Shown here piece after piece: positions 11,101 to 23,102 of a stretch of 64,000 bases of DNA. This DNA is from Azolla caroliniana (Eukaryota > Plantae > Polypodiophyta). The stretch lies in contig JBHGNT010000018.1 in NCBI GenBank assembly GCA_043228905.1, positions 6,758,001 through 6,822,000 on the forward strand. Direction: 5' to 3'. Numbering within the stretch: the first letter of the stretch is position 1; each line of letters begins with the position of its first letter. The translations under genes and the position numbers were made by a program. The notes beneath the pieces were generated by a model. The model did not search any database, was not told the DNA's origin, and saw only the letters and a list, made by a program, of their open reading frames with translations.

Positions 11101-11312
11101 AACACATCAACGAGACAGAGATGTTCCAGATGACTTCACGAGAACCAATGGAACCAATTGATGAAGAAGCAGGGGAGCTGGTGGACCTGGAAGATGTAGC
11201 ACAGTTTGACCATACATCAGATTTGGGAGAGCTTGGAGATGACACGAATGAAAACAGTCTAGAACAATCAGCGCCAGAGGAGCCTGCTCTGCCTGATTTG
11301 CTTATAGATTGA
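8104..11312 (+). CDS. Spliced ParB/Srx-like domain fused to a beta-class N6-adenine/N4-cytosine DNA methyltransferase; exons about 8104-9740 (5' part disrupted), 9823-9961, 10030-10493, 10583-10872, 10963-11312
   Basis: ParB-like pattern: LPITSI..P, VQNLKSKM, VPFLVMV, YYVIGGSHSAEARRQL, VYAGLTHEEAKLLAWDHN. MTase motifs: LLIADIPYG (motif IV), WIKTN...AVEHFCVGY, NPYQKPQRLINRLIELF (motif X), WVLDLFSGTGTTTACA (motif I), RNCVALEKD. Four GT-AG introns (9741-9822, 9962-10029, 10494-10582, 10873-10962) keep the frame; 8740-11312 spliced is 2244 nt (748 codons). Upstream there is an in-frame TAA at 8609-8611 and a frameshift near 8730. Confidence 0.85.
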
Positions 11313-12073
11313 TGTAGATGGCGTAATGTAAAAATTGAGGATTTTGAGGCATAATGTTCACCATCACTTCATATTATATTTGTATATGAGAACATCTGTA
11401 ATTGTTTATCGTTTAATTAAATTCACCTGTTCATAATTTCCCTTTTTAATCATTATTGGAACCGTTGTTTGGATTTACATATAATTGGTCACCATGCTCT
11501 TCTTCAGTTTGAGATATTAACATGATATTGTAATTTCTCATTTCCGTTAGCATGACTGTATATGAAAAGGCGAATGTTTTTGATAATAAGAGGTTTTTAG
11601 TTACCTACGGTTCAAGTCTACTGGTTCCACATAGTATAAATGAATGTCGTACGTAATTGTTACTCTTACCAATTACATTGTCATGAACTATATGACATTA
11701 TACAATGAAACTATCGATATACCCGTCCAACAAGTGGGGTACTACTTTATTCCTAAACCCAAAACCACATATTTATAATTACGGTTTATGTAGTTTTACT
11801 CTACAATTTGAATATGGATACCAATTTTAGAACTTTATATTGAACCAAGTCTTCAATTGTGCTCCATGATATGCAAATTGACACGAATGTGGACACATAT
11901 ACAATTTAGTAATTGCTAGGTTTTTTTTGTTCTATATTTAACCATCAAGTCGCAAAAGGGGTACGCATGCATCATATATTTTCGATATTAGGCTAAAATA
12001 GGGTACTTTTCTACATCTGGCCAACTATGCCAAAAGAGAATACGACATATTACCTATTTCAAATGACCCGGTG

Positions 12074-12260
12074 TTTATATCTTATCTTGTCTTATCTTAT
12101 ATTCCTTAAAAATCCTATTTTGTCATATCTTGTTCATCTCTATTTACTCTATCTCTACTCTTTCGTCTCTTCCGTCCATAATCCCAGTGATTCCTTCCTC
12201 ACTTTCACGATATCTTTTGTCTACGCAACGCTACGCTTCTAGGCGAGCCACACCACGACA
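12074..12260 (-). mobile_element. Probable LTR start fragment (TGTCGTGGTG...) abutting the broken gypsy RT
   Basis: The minus strand begins TGTCGTG like other LTRs in the window, and RT homology stops at about 12268. Confidence 0.4.
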
Positions 12261-14369
12261 CAATCTTCGAGCTTTTGCGTTACTGGGAGTTTTTGCTTCC
12301 ACGATAGCCTTAATTTTGTTGGAATCTACCGCAATCCCCTCCTTACTCACGATGTGTCCAAGCAGAGCTCCACTGGTGACCCCGAATGCGCATTTAGCCA
12401 GATTAAGGCTAAGGCGCGCGGTACGGCATCATTCCAAACATAGCCGCAAATGGGTAAAATGTTCTCCTCGCATCCCATATACTGTGAATTCATCGAGAAA
12501 AACTTGCAAAAATGCAGGTATAAATTCAGCGAAGATTTCCGTGATAGTTCGTTGAAATGTGGCGGGGGCTGTCTTCAGGCCGAACATCATAACCACCGCT
12601 ACGAATACTCCCTAGTCTGTGACGAACGCAGTCTTCTCCTGATCGTCTGGGTGCATTCGTACTTGATTGTATCCACTAAAGCCATCCAAAAAACTATACA
12701 TGTCATGGCCTGCGATCGCGTCTAATATGCTATCCATAAATGGTAAGGGAAACGCGTCCATAATTGTAACGGCGTTCAATTTACGGTAATCGACGCACAC
12801 ACGTATTTTCCCACTTTTCTTTGGCACCACCACTATCGGACTCAACCATGTGGCCTGTTTTACTGGTCAGATGAACCCCGCTTTCAAGAGCTTGTCAATT
12901 TCTTCCTTTACACAGGCTACGTAATTTGGGTTCATGCAATAGTGTCTCTACTGCATCGGTTTCGCATCTATGGCCAAGTTAATCTTGTGTTGATAAAATT
13001 TCGGGTCCAACCCTTTCATGTCTTCATCAGACCATGCAAAGACATCCTTAAATTCCCAGAGCAACTCTGTCATGGCCGTTTTCTCATTTGGTATCAGGTC
13101 CTTAGCAATTGAGAGCAATCGTGGAACCTCCGTGGTTCCGACATTAATCTCCTCCAATGCGGACGAGATAACCCTTTGCGAGACTCGGATTAGGTTCGTA
13201 TTCCTCTTCTTGGGGTGTACTTGTTGGGGCGTACTCACTACCGGCCTCGAGGACGTCAATTTCGAATAATGGTATTATCCGCGGGTTTTCGTGAGGTACA
13301 CTTCCAGCTCTGTATCCTCTAGACCTTCCAACATATTAATTTCTTCTGCATATATTGGCATTACAACTTTGGTCGGTGTAGATGTTTCTTGCGTCGAAAC
13401 GCGGACCTTGCTTCACCCGCGTCGGAAGCTGATGCAGTTATGTTGCCAGTTCTACTTGATATTAGCAGACTGTAACCATGGTCTGCCTAACAAAATTGGG
13501 TATGCTCCTGGGCGTCCAGCGCGAGCACGACCGCAAAAATCTCAAAATGATGGCCGTCGACTACAATCCCTAGCTTCCAAAATGGTTTGATGGAGTGGGT
13601 GTCTGCCATTCGGAGCCAGAATGGGCATGCTTCTTAGTTTGTAATGCCTAGCCTAGTACAAGTGGTTTTACTTATGACATTTATGCCGGAACCACCATCC
13701 ACAATGCATCCCATTATTTCTTGGCCCAGAAGTACCACTTTGATGGTTGGGTTATGGTGATCTACCACTACTCGACCGGTATTGGACTCTGTGTAATTAG
13801 CCAAGATTTCTAGTCCGGTGGTGCCCCGTATGCGATTCTCTACCACCTGTCAAAACCATGGAACCAGTAGTAATAGCTTATCCATGGTCAATGTGATTTC
13901 GCAGTCCGCTAGAGCTTGCCCTATCAAGTCTGGCGATAATGTCTTATCATTGCTCTGCGTGGTGGCGCTCGCTGATTCTTGCCTCATCCGCTCCGCGTTA
14001 GCCTCATTTTCTTTCTCTACCCAGGCCTGAGCCGCTTTGTGTATGTCATCTTGTTCTACCCATTCTATGTTTTTTGCCTAACTGCGTGTTGTGACCTGCT
14101 TGACATCCATCGTGATGGTGTTCACAGCTGGTTCCTTGCCTTTATTACATTGCGAGCATTGCATCGCGTAGTGGCCTGGTTGTTGGCATATGAAGCAATG
14201 TACACTGGACTCGCCTTTCTCCAATACTGGAGTTGTGGTGGTGTCTACAGGTGTGGATTGCTCTTCCTGTGTTTGCTGAAATCGTTTGTGATGACGGGGT
14301 TTTGGGCGATATTCCCGACGAGGTTCTTGGCACCGTTCATCCTCGTAACGACGTTGATCCCATGCCTGG

Positions 14370-15459
14370 TGTCACGACACATTGACATCAAATATGTAGT
14401 TAGCGAGGATTGAACCTACAACCTCACATCTACAAGACATCAACCTCCTTGGTTCCTTTCAAGGGATTTAACACCAGTCATTGACACATCAATCTAGTAT
14501 TCTCGTTTCATTCCATCTTGTCTCCTTCTTCATCTTTGTCTTCATTCTCTTATGTCATTCCTAGCTTCTTAAGTTCCTCATAGCCTTGTCATCCATGCTC
14601 CGTCCTAGTCCGCGCTTGGTGTGTCCGTGATAGTTTGAATCCCTTCCAACTGGAAGCATCACCCGTCTTCATCATCGCTCTTGCTTCTAGAGTTACCATC
14701 ATCACCGTCCTTGCTTCCAGAGTTACCGTCATCAACATCCTTGTCTTCGACGTAATCATTTTCAGCACCTGCTTGCCCAACCATCATCGTCATCAACACC
14801 TTCCCAGTTCTGGTATCATTTTGCATCATGGTTTTGGTGAGGAATGCTTTCAATCGCTCACCTTCCCAGTTCTGGTGGGGGTCACAACCGCTCACTTTCT
14901 TGGTCCGTACAACATTTGGTTACTCACTCCCGTCGATGCTCCAATTCTCATCCACCCCTACACCACGCTTTCGAAAAGGCGGCCTAAAGGGGGGGATAAT
15001 GTCACAACACATTGACATCTACAACCTACAACCTCACATCTACATGACATCATACCTAACCATTTTAATATGAGCATATACTTGTGTACATATTGTTATT
15101 TGAGCATATTGTACATTCCAGAATATTCTAGAGCCTTTAGTATATTAGATAGAAATATTTATGGTGTATTCTAGACGGGTATATTCTAGAGATATTTGTT
15201 GGGTATATTCTAGAGATATTACTCATGTATATTCTAGAGATATTCAATCTTAGAACTTGTATAAATACTGGTAACCTTCTTGGTTTCAAGGAATTTAACA
15301 CTAGTCATTGACACATCAATCTAGTATTCTCGTTTCATTCCATCTTGTCTCCTTCTTCATCTCTGTCTTCATTCTCTTATGTCATTCCTAGCTTCTTAAG
15401 TTCCTCGTAGCCTTGTCATCCATTCTCCATCCTAGTTTGCGCTTGGTGTATCTGTGACA
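14370..15459 (+). mobile_element. TRIM-like non-autonomous LTR element (5' LTR 14370-14632 internally deleted; 3' LTR 15000-15459)
   Basis: Direct terminal repeats starting TGTCAC; G-rich PPT directly before 15000; perfect 5-bp TSD CCTGG (14365-14369 and 15460-15464); about 350 bp non-coding interior. Confidence 0.85.
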
Positions 15460-15621
15460 CCTGGCGCCGGGGTCCGGCCTGTCCCCCCCCCCCCCCCCCC
15501 CTTCCCACTTGTAATAGTCATGGCTCCGATACTCTTCTTCATCCTGTTCTTCTTCGCTGGACTCAGGATCGTTGTTGCAGCGGTGATGGTACGGCCTTTC
15601 CGCACACTGATTACGTTCGGT

Positions 15622-18600
15622 TGTCATAGTGTAATTCGCACACTACGTGAAAATTACATTTTTGTCCCTCCAGATGGAATCGGCAAGGAGGGACCGGTAA
15701 GGAGAACCAGTAAGAACCGGATCAAGCAGAACCGGCAAGATCGGATAAAGAAGGCCGGTGAGAGTCTCTCTCCAGATGAAGAGACAAATTTGTAAATAGA
15801 AGAAAAGATTGTTTCATGCATAGGGCAAGATTCGAACCCTGTACCTCCATGTTAACAATTTTTAAGCCTTACCACTATACTAGCATATTATGAATTTTAA
15901 AGTTATACTAAACTTTATCCCATGTAAATATTCTAGATATGCATGGTACAAAAAGTTAGGAAAAGCATGATGCTTGCATGTGATAAGTTATCATGTTCTT
16001 ATGAGCCATAGACGTCCGGGACCAGAAGGATCTTGGAGTGCTTCTAGAGGACACGACTACCGAGAGTGGCCTCACCGAAACATGGGAAAGCGTGCGGGAT
16101 ATCGTCGCTCGATACACAAAGAGGGGGCAATGGCTTGCCAACAAAGAAAAGAGGGTTTCGAAACCAATTCCGAAACCGAGATCCGGATCGAAAGACCATC
16201 AACCGCGGGCTCAGGAAGCTACGACCGAGAAGGGAATCAACGCAACTACAGTGGTTGCTGAAGGAGATGGAGAATCTAAAAATCGCGATGGTGAAGAAGT
16301 CAGATGACGGTCCCACAAGTTCCAAGTATATGGACCGTCGATGCATATGGTGCGATAGCACTGAACATGATCGGAGGGACTACGACGAGCACAAGGAAGT
16401 GCTACGACGGGATCTTATCTACTACGAGGGAAATCAGATTCATTCGATGGATTCTCGGAAGCCACTCCGACCGAACTTCTGAAAAGGCAGCATGAAGAAG
16501 GTCCTAGAGGAGGAGATCGTGGCGAAAGACAATTACGCGACAACTGCGGGAATACGTGTGGGGGAGTCATCTACAGCAAAGGCGTCTTTTTGGCCGGAAG
16601 TGTTAGAAATTTCGAAGAAAGACGACCATGATGAAATCCGAAGCGCCGCGGAATGTATCCGGGAACCTATGGGATGGGAGTGCCCCGTAGATAAGAATAG
16701 CGTACATGCGCTATGTCAATTGCATGAAGTGTATGTGGATGAAAAACAACGGTGCACGGATGATGCGGCCGGACCATCAAAGACACCGGAAAACTGGAAC
16801 TCCGGAGGGAAGGGAAATGAAAAGACGATTCCGGCATTCAAGCTCGCATCGGACATCGAACAACAAACGTACTTGAAAAAGGTGTTTGAAGAGAGAATCC
16901 TTAATAGCCAGGTAGAATTTTCGCTTCGGGAATTACTCGGAATAGCGAAGAAGGAGTTCCACGGTCTTCTTGTGGATCTCGTGAAGAGAAAAAGACAAAG
17001 TACGGAGGAAAATGCTCCAAGGATGAATGCAAATACCGTCTTAATGAATGACACCGAAGTGGAGGACGAAATACCGAATTCCCACTACACAAGGCCACAC
17101 TGGGCACGTGCAACTATGGAGACTCCGATTCGAATCGGCAACATCAAAGAGCCCGTGCTAGCATTGATTGATCACGGATCGGAGATCAATTTGATGTCCA
17201 AGGAGTTCTACGGGAAGGGGAAGTGTCCTATAAACACTAACCATGGATGGATGATCCAAGCAGCCACTAAAGCAACAGAGGATCTATTTGCGGCTTGTCC
17301 GGATGTGACGGTGAAGATCGGGGATGTCGAGATCGACCAAAATTTCTTCATACAAGACGAGGTCTCACACCCCATGATCCTCGGGCAACCCTTTATCACG
17401 GCTTCACGGATGGAGACAAAGGTGCTCGATAGCGGTGCGGCTTTTGCACGAATTCGGAGCCAAAACGGAGGGAAATCCGTCCAATTCCTAACGGTGCCGG
17501 CAAATCATGAAAGGAACAAGAGAGAGCTCTTGTTCCAAACAAGGATGGATTTTTAGAGCGGACTGTTGCGGAGTGGGGAAGTGATAGTCCGAGAAGCCCT
17601 GATACCCCACACAGGAAGAAAACTCTCGGAGCAAAACAAGTACGAATCGGTCCGGATGGGGCATCTATGTACATGGCCATAACCAGAGGAATGAAGAAAG
17701 AATACCGAAAAGTGGAGGATAAGTTACAGTCGGCATCAATAATAAAAGAAGACAAAGAAATCATGGGAATAGTCGAATAAGTGTTCTATGGGAGCACGCT
17801 ACAACGACTTGAAGAGCTCACGGAAGATACAAGCCAGGGAGATCGGGTAGTCCCGGTGGAATCGGTGGAGATGTATGAGATCATTGCGAAAATGGGGCTA
17901 GATGCGCTCGGCAAAGAAGAAGCAATGGTAAGTACGAAATACAAGACCGTGGAGAAGAAGGTGAAACCGGCCGCGGGACCACTACCCGCCGATAGCGAAC
18001 AAAAGAGGAAAGAAGACTCAGGAGATCCGACACTTCGAAAGTCCGTGGATATCGGACATGCCTTCCCGGATGAGACCCGGAAGAAACTTCGGATCGGTGG
18101 AGGTGGTTTCCTTTTACAAAATGAAGAAGAAAGATTCGGTGGGATGTTGGAACAACATGGGAAAGCATTTGCATTTACATCGAAGGAGATAGGGTACGTT
18201 GATCCGAAGATAGTGGAGCCGATGGTGATCTTCACAATTGACCATGTGCCATGGAACCTGAAGCCGATTCCGGTGCCGCGGGCGCATATTCCCAAAATCA
18301 TCAACTTGCTCAAGGAGAAGGTGGCGATGGGGATTCTAGAGCCATCAAACGCTCCGTACTCAAATCGATGGTTTACGGTTCTGAAGAAGAATAGGTCACT
18401 CTGATTTATCCAAGACTTGCAACCGGTGAACAAGGTCACGAACCGGACGAATTTGCGGAAGAATATGCCGTTCGTGCAATATATTCCATCGGAGACCTAT
18501 ACTCAGGGTATGACCAATTCCAACTAGCCATGGAAAGCCGAGACATCACTACCATGCGGACACCGATAGGATTAGTCCGTATGTGCACACTACCACAAGG

Positions 18601-21506
18601 AGCGACAAATTCGGTTGCACATATGATGAACGCGATGAACAAGGTGCTTCGAGATTGCATTCTAGAGATAACGATGCCGTTCCTAGATGACATTCCGATG
18701 AAAGGATGCGCGGTAGAAGAACAAGATGAAACTATGGATGATCGGGGATGCCGAAAGTTCGTAGTCGACCATATTCGTGATTGCGAGAAAGTGCTTCGAA
18801 AGTTAGAAGATGTGCACCTAACACTTTCTGGAGAGAAATTAGCATTCGGACAAGAAGAAATATTGGTAGTCGTCCATCTATGCGGGCCCTATGGCCGAAG
18901 ACCGTCACCAACCAAGATCGATGCGATTCAAGCTATGAAAGAAGTATGCGAGTCACAATCCGAAGTCCGAAGGTTTCCTGGAGCATGTGCATTCTACCAC
19001 ATATGGATTCCGCACTATGCACATATTGCGGACCCACTCTATCACTTGTTGCGGAAGGGTAAGAAGTTCGAATGGAAACTGGAGCATACCAAAGCCGTGA
19101 AGAAGCTCAAGAAATCACTATGGAGGGCAAAATCCGGTTGGATCATCAATCAATCCAACTCGGATGGTTCGCGATATCCGATCCGATCCGGAGCAAAGGT
19201 TCTCAACGAAAGACAACGCGGATATGTACAAGTCAAAAACGAATTATGGGGAGTCGTGTCGGCAATCAAATCGGATCGAGATTATTTGATCGGAGCCGAA
19301 GTAGTGATTGAAACGGATTGTCTTCCGATACTCGGGATGATGCGGTGTTGCACGATACCGGATGTGGCTATGCTAAGGTGGATTGCATATGTTAAGTCCC
19401 TTAATCCGGAGGTACGACACATCTCCGGAAAAGACAAGGCGGTTGCGGATATGCTATCAAGGGCACGGTTCGGAGATGACATAACCGAATCCGATAATGA
19501 AGAAGTTTCCGAAGACTACTTTGCTTCGGAGCACATATGCCGGGTGAACGTAATCCGAGAATTCCGGGAAGAAGAATACGAGGGAGAAAGCTTGTTGATC
19601 GGGAAAGTGCTACAAGAAATCGAGGAATCATCAAACAATAAAGAGAAGAGAGCCGAGATCCGAAGTAAGAAGCGGCAAGTCCGAAAGTTCTTCTTGAAAA
19701 ATGGATTAATATGGAGGGAGCTGAAAAGACCAGATGGCATACCACTTCGGGTAGTCGGGACGAAAGAGCAACGAAACCGGATAATGTCCGAATTTCACGA
19801 ATCCGATTGGGCTGGACATCGAGGAACATGGGCAACTTCTGTGAAAATCAAACAAAAATATTGGTGGAAGAACATGTACAAAGATATAACGGAGTTCACG
19901 GAAAGCTGCGAGAAGTGTCAAATCTACTCCGGAGTTCGACACCGAGATGAGTTACATCCGACATTCTCACCGACAATCAACTCCAAGTGGATGGTCGATA
20001 TTGTAGCCATGCCAACCGGGATTGGACAAAAGAAGTACTTGGTGTTAGCTAGGGAAGATCTCACAAACCAAGTAGAAGGTCGGGCGCTACGAAGGAAGAC
20101 ATGTTCTGCGGTGTGCCAATTTCTTTTGGAGGAGGTGTTTTGCAGGTACAGGTGCGTAGGACAAGTGATTGCGGATCAAGGAGAACTTGACTCAGACAAA
20201 GCTAGGGGATTCTTCGCCAAACATGGAGTTCGGTTAACACTGACAACGGCATACAATCCGGAAGCCAACAGGAAGATCAAACGAGGACATAGTCCGATCG
20301 TCAAAGCACTTGCCAAAGCATGCAACACAAAGCACTGACTACGACCACGAAAGATTGAAGAAGGAGATTGGGTGATTGTCTATGACAGTAGTTTGGATCA
20401 TCAACATACAACGATACGGAAGTTCGCGAAAAGGTGGTTCAGGCCATACGAGGTTCGGAAAGTTTTCGACAACGGAACTTACCGACTATGCAAGTTGGAT
20501 GGAACAGTACTACGGGTGCCTATAGCGGGGAAACGGGTGAAGATTTTCAAGAAGCGAACTGACAAAGAACCTTATGTAAGCTTAAACAAGACCGACAACG
20601 AGGAGCAATCGGACAAAGATCGTGGTGATGCGGAAAGTGAAGAAAGTGGTCTTTAACTGATAATCAACATACGGGAAGAATCAGAGAGTGCTACGGATGA
20701 AGAGGAACAACGAGCATCGGGAACTTCGGCACATACCGGAGGATGTGCGGGTTTGGAGGGGGCGAGTGTCGTAGTGTAATTCGTACACTACGTGAAAATT
20801 ACATTTTTGTCGCTCCGGATGGAATCGGCAAGGAGGAACCGGTAAGAACCGGATCAAGCAAAACCGGCAAGATCGGATAAAGAAGGCCGGTGAAAGTCTC
20901 TCACCGGATGAAGAGACAAATTTGTAAATAGAAGAAAAGATCGTTTCATGCATAGGGCAGGATTTGAACCCTATACCTCCATGTTAACAATTTTTAAGCC
21001 TTACCACTATACTAGCATATTATGAATTTTAAAGTTATATTAAACTTTATCCCATGTAAATATTCTAGATATGCATGGAACAAAAAGTTATTCATGCATA
21101 TACACTTGAGTTAAAAAGAAAAAAATGGGATAGAAAGCTAATCATGCACATGCAGTGTGCATGAAAACTAAAGTTAGGAAAAGCATGATGCTTGCATGTG
21201 ATATACTTAGACTCTTCCAACACTATATAAGGAAGAGAGGAAGATGTATAGAAGGGGTTGCTTATTTTACAAGGGTTGATTAATATAATATAATCGTGGG
21301 ATTCACGAATTTGCTAACTATTTTTCTCTCTTAATCTGAGTACTCACTAATACACTATACTCCTGGGATTCACGAGTTTTTCATATCTTTTTTTCTTACA
21401 AAATATTTCATATTCTTCATTGCCTTAGAATTTCTTTTCTCCTAGTCCAAAACCTCAATGGTTTCCGCCCGACTCACGCAACGATCCGGAGCCGAAAGGC
21501 ACGACA
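15622..21506 (+). mobile_element. Ty3/gypsy element: truncated 5' LTR 15622-15984, gag remnant, protease (16492-17556), RT-RNaseH-integrase (about 17547-20656), PPT, 3' LTR 20767-21506
   Basis: LALIDHGSEINLM, LPQGATNSVA, PFLDD, ETDCLPIL, GHRG, WMVDIVAMP and TAYNPEAN motifs; PPT GGAGGGGGCGAG; both LTRs start TGTCRTAGTGTAATTCG; flanks CGGT/CCGT. Confidence 0.92.
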
Positions 21507-23102
21507 CCGTATTATGGTAACGTTCTTCCTAAAGGCCTTGGTCATTTCGGCGGTATTGTCGTTGTGGTTCCATACGGCGAACTGTCAGCGTGGCCCTGTT
21601 CAGCATATTATATTCGCACTGGTCCACCGTATGCACTCGTGAATGGCAAATGGGGCAATGTATCCGCATATTACAATCCACCGCGGAGTGCCCTGAGTTC
21701 AAGCAGATTGTGCATTGAATGGCCTGGCGGAACCGATATTCCTCGTCTTGGGGCAACGCATGCCGAAGCGATGCCATGGATAATCCTTCATCCTCGTCTT
21801 CTAGTTCGAGCTGCAATGCCCGCTCGATAACCATGTTCGTCGTCTCGTCCTTCACATTTTCCATAATTAGTGTAGTCTTGAGGGGTCGTCCTAACGCTGC
21901 AAAAAATGTGTCCTTAGCCTCGTCCTCCGTCGGAACGCGTGTGAGTTGACGTCGTAGGCTCTGAAATCGCAGACTGAAATCAGCAACAGACTCTTTCTAA
22001 AGTTTTCTAATGGTGTAAAGTGGTAGATAATCTCACACTGTGGGACACTCCAATGGAAGAATCACAAAAATGACGATTGAAGCTAGTCAAACGTCGCAAA
22101 TGACATGATATTGAGTTGGGAATGCCAACGAGCAACGCGGTCGTCCAAGGTTATCCTGAACTCGGCGATCTTCGATGTGTGCGCTTCCACCTTCGGAAGT
22201 CGTTGTGCCATGTGATTAGCGTTCCAAACGTTGAGGAACGACCGAATGTGGCTCGCGGCGTCGGTTTCACCGTTGAAATGGGGGTAGGAGAAAGTCATGC
22301 TGGTTGCGACGGTTGTGTTGAGAAAGGGATTATTGATGCTATCAGGGTGAGGCTTTTGTGAGCCTTTGTAACTCTAGCTTGATCCAGTGGTGATAAGGCT
22401 TCCTGCCCGATGCCACTTTGCTTCGTGAGCATGGATTCTACCGTATACTCCAGGAGAGAAGGGGCGCGGTCACTGAGGCACGGTTTTCGCGCAACGCGTT
22501 TTTCTGTCTATCAGGTGACTGACCTGGTCAGTGGTCAATCTTGTCGAGTGGGTTCTCTATTATGTTGGCGGCTAGACATCCGTCCCTTGCTGCTCGGTTG
22601 TGAGGGTTAACAGATCACCAGGCGTGCCAAAAGTGTTGCCAGTTAGGAACATGGCCTACCGTCAGTCCTTCGAGGTAGGTATCTAGGTGATCGTGGTGCA
22701 AGGGTAGGATCTTGTGTAGCACATGGAGCGTATTGACTTATACCGTTAGAGTGTGTTTACTAAAGGCATAAAACTTGAGACGGCTACAATCGAGCTCCTA
22801 ATGTGCTTAACTACGTACATGTACTCCTTTTACACGCTTACGCTTAAACTATCACACAGAGACAACAAAGAAGAGCCCAGAGATAAAAGACGGAGCTCAA
22901 AGAAGACAGAAACTATATTAAACGACTGTGCTCAGAAATGCGGTAACCCTTTACAATGTTCATATGCCCTTTATATATATATGGCCTAGTCGGTTACGTT
23001 TCCCTCGTGAACCGTTACACGTGTTACTTCAACGCTTCTATTATAATTAATATGCCTCTTTATCCTGCGTTATTTACGTTTGTCCTCTTATGGAGGACAA
23101 CA

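Larger units (their letters stand above)
12268..23102 (-). mobile_element. Athila/Tat-like Ty3/gypsy element, 3'-truncated: 5' LTR 22634-23102, PBS about 22615-22629, gag (22420-21507, 15621-15460, 14369 onward), protease, RT; interrupted by two younger insertions
   Basis: PBS TGGCACGCCTGGTGA (tRNA-Arg-like); gag YPHFNG and CTIC..GH....C zinc knuckles; protease IVDGGSGINVI; RT SPIVVVPKKSGKIRVCVDYRKLN, SFLDGFSGYNQV and FGLKTAPATFQR. Confidence 0.88.

Noticed and set aside
8104-11312. Bacterial or phage contamination as the source of the methyltransferase
   Set aside because: Four spliceosomal GT-AG introns interrupt the gene, two within conserved motifs, and it is contiguous with plant retroelements.
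7223-12073. CACC...GGTG as terminal inverted repeats of the MTase unit
   Set aside because: Only 4 bp match clearly and there is no TSD in the flanks.
5187-23102. One intact giant gypsy carrying the MTase between LTRs 5187-5518 and 22634-23102
   Set aside because: The two LTRs differ in length and sequence apart from a TATA-region motif, and RNaseH and integrase are missing.
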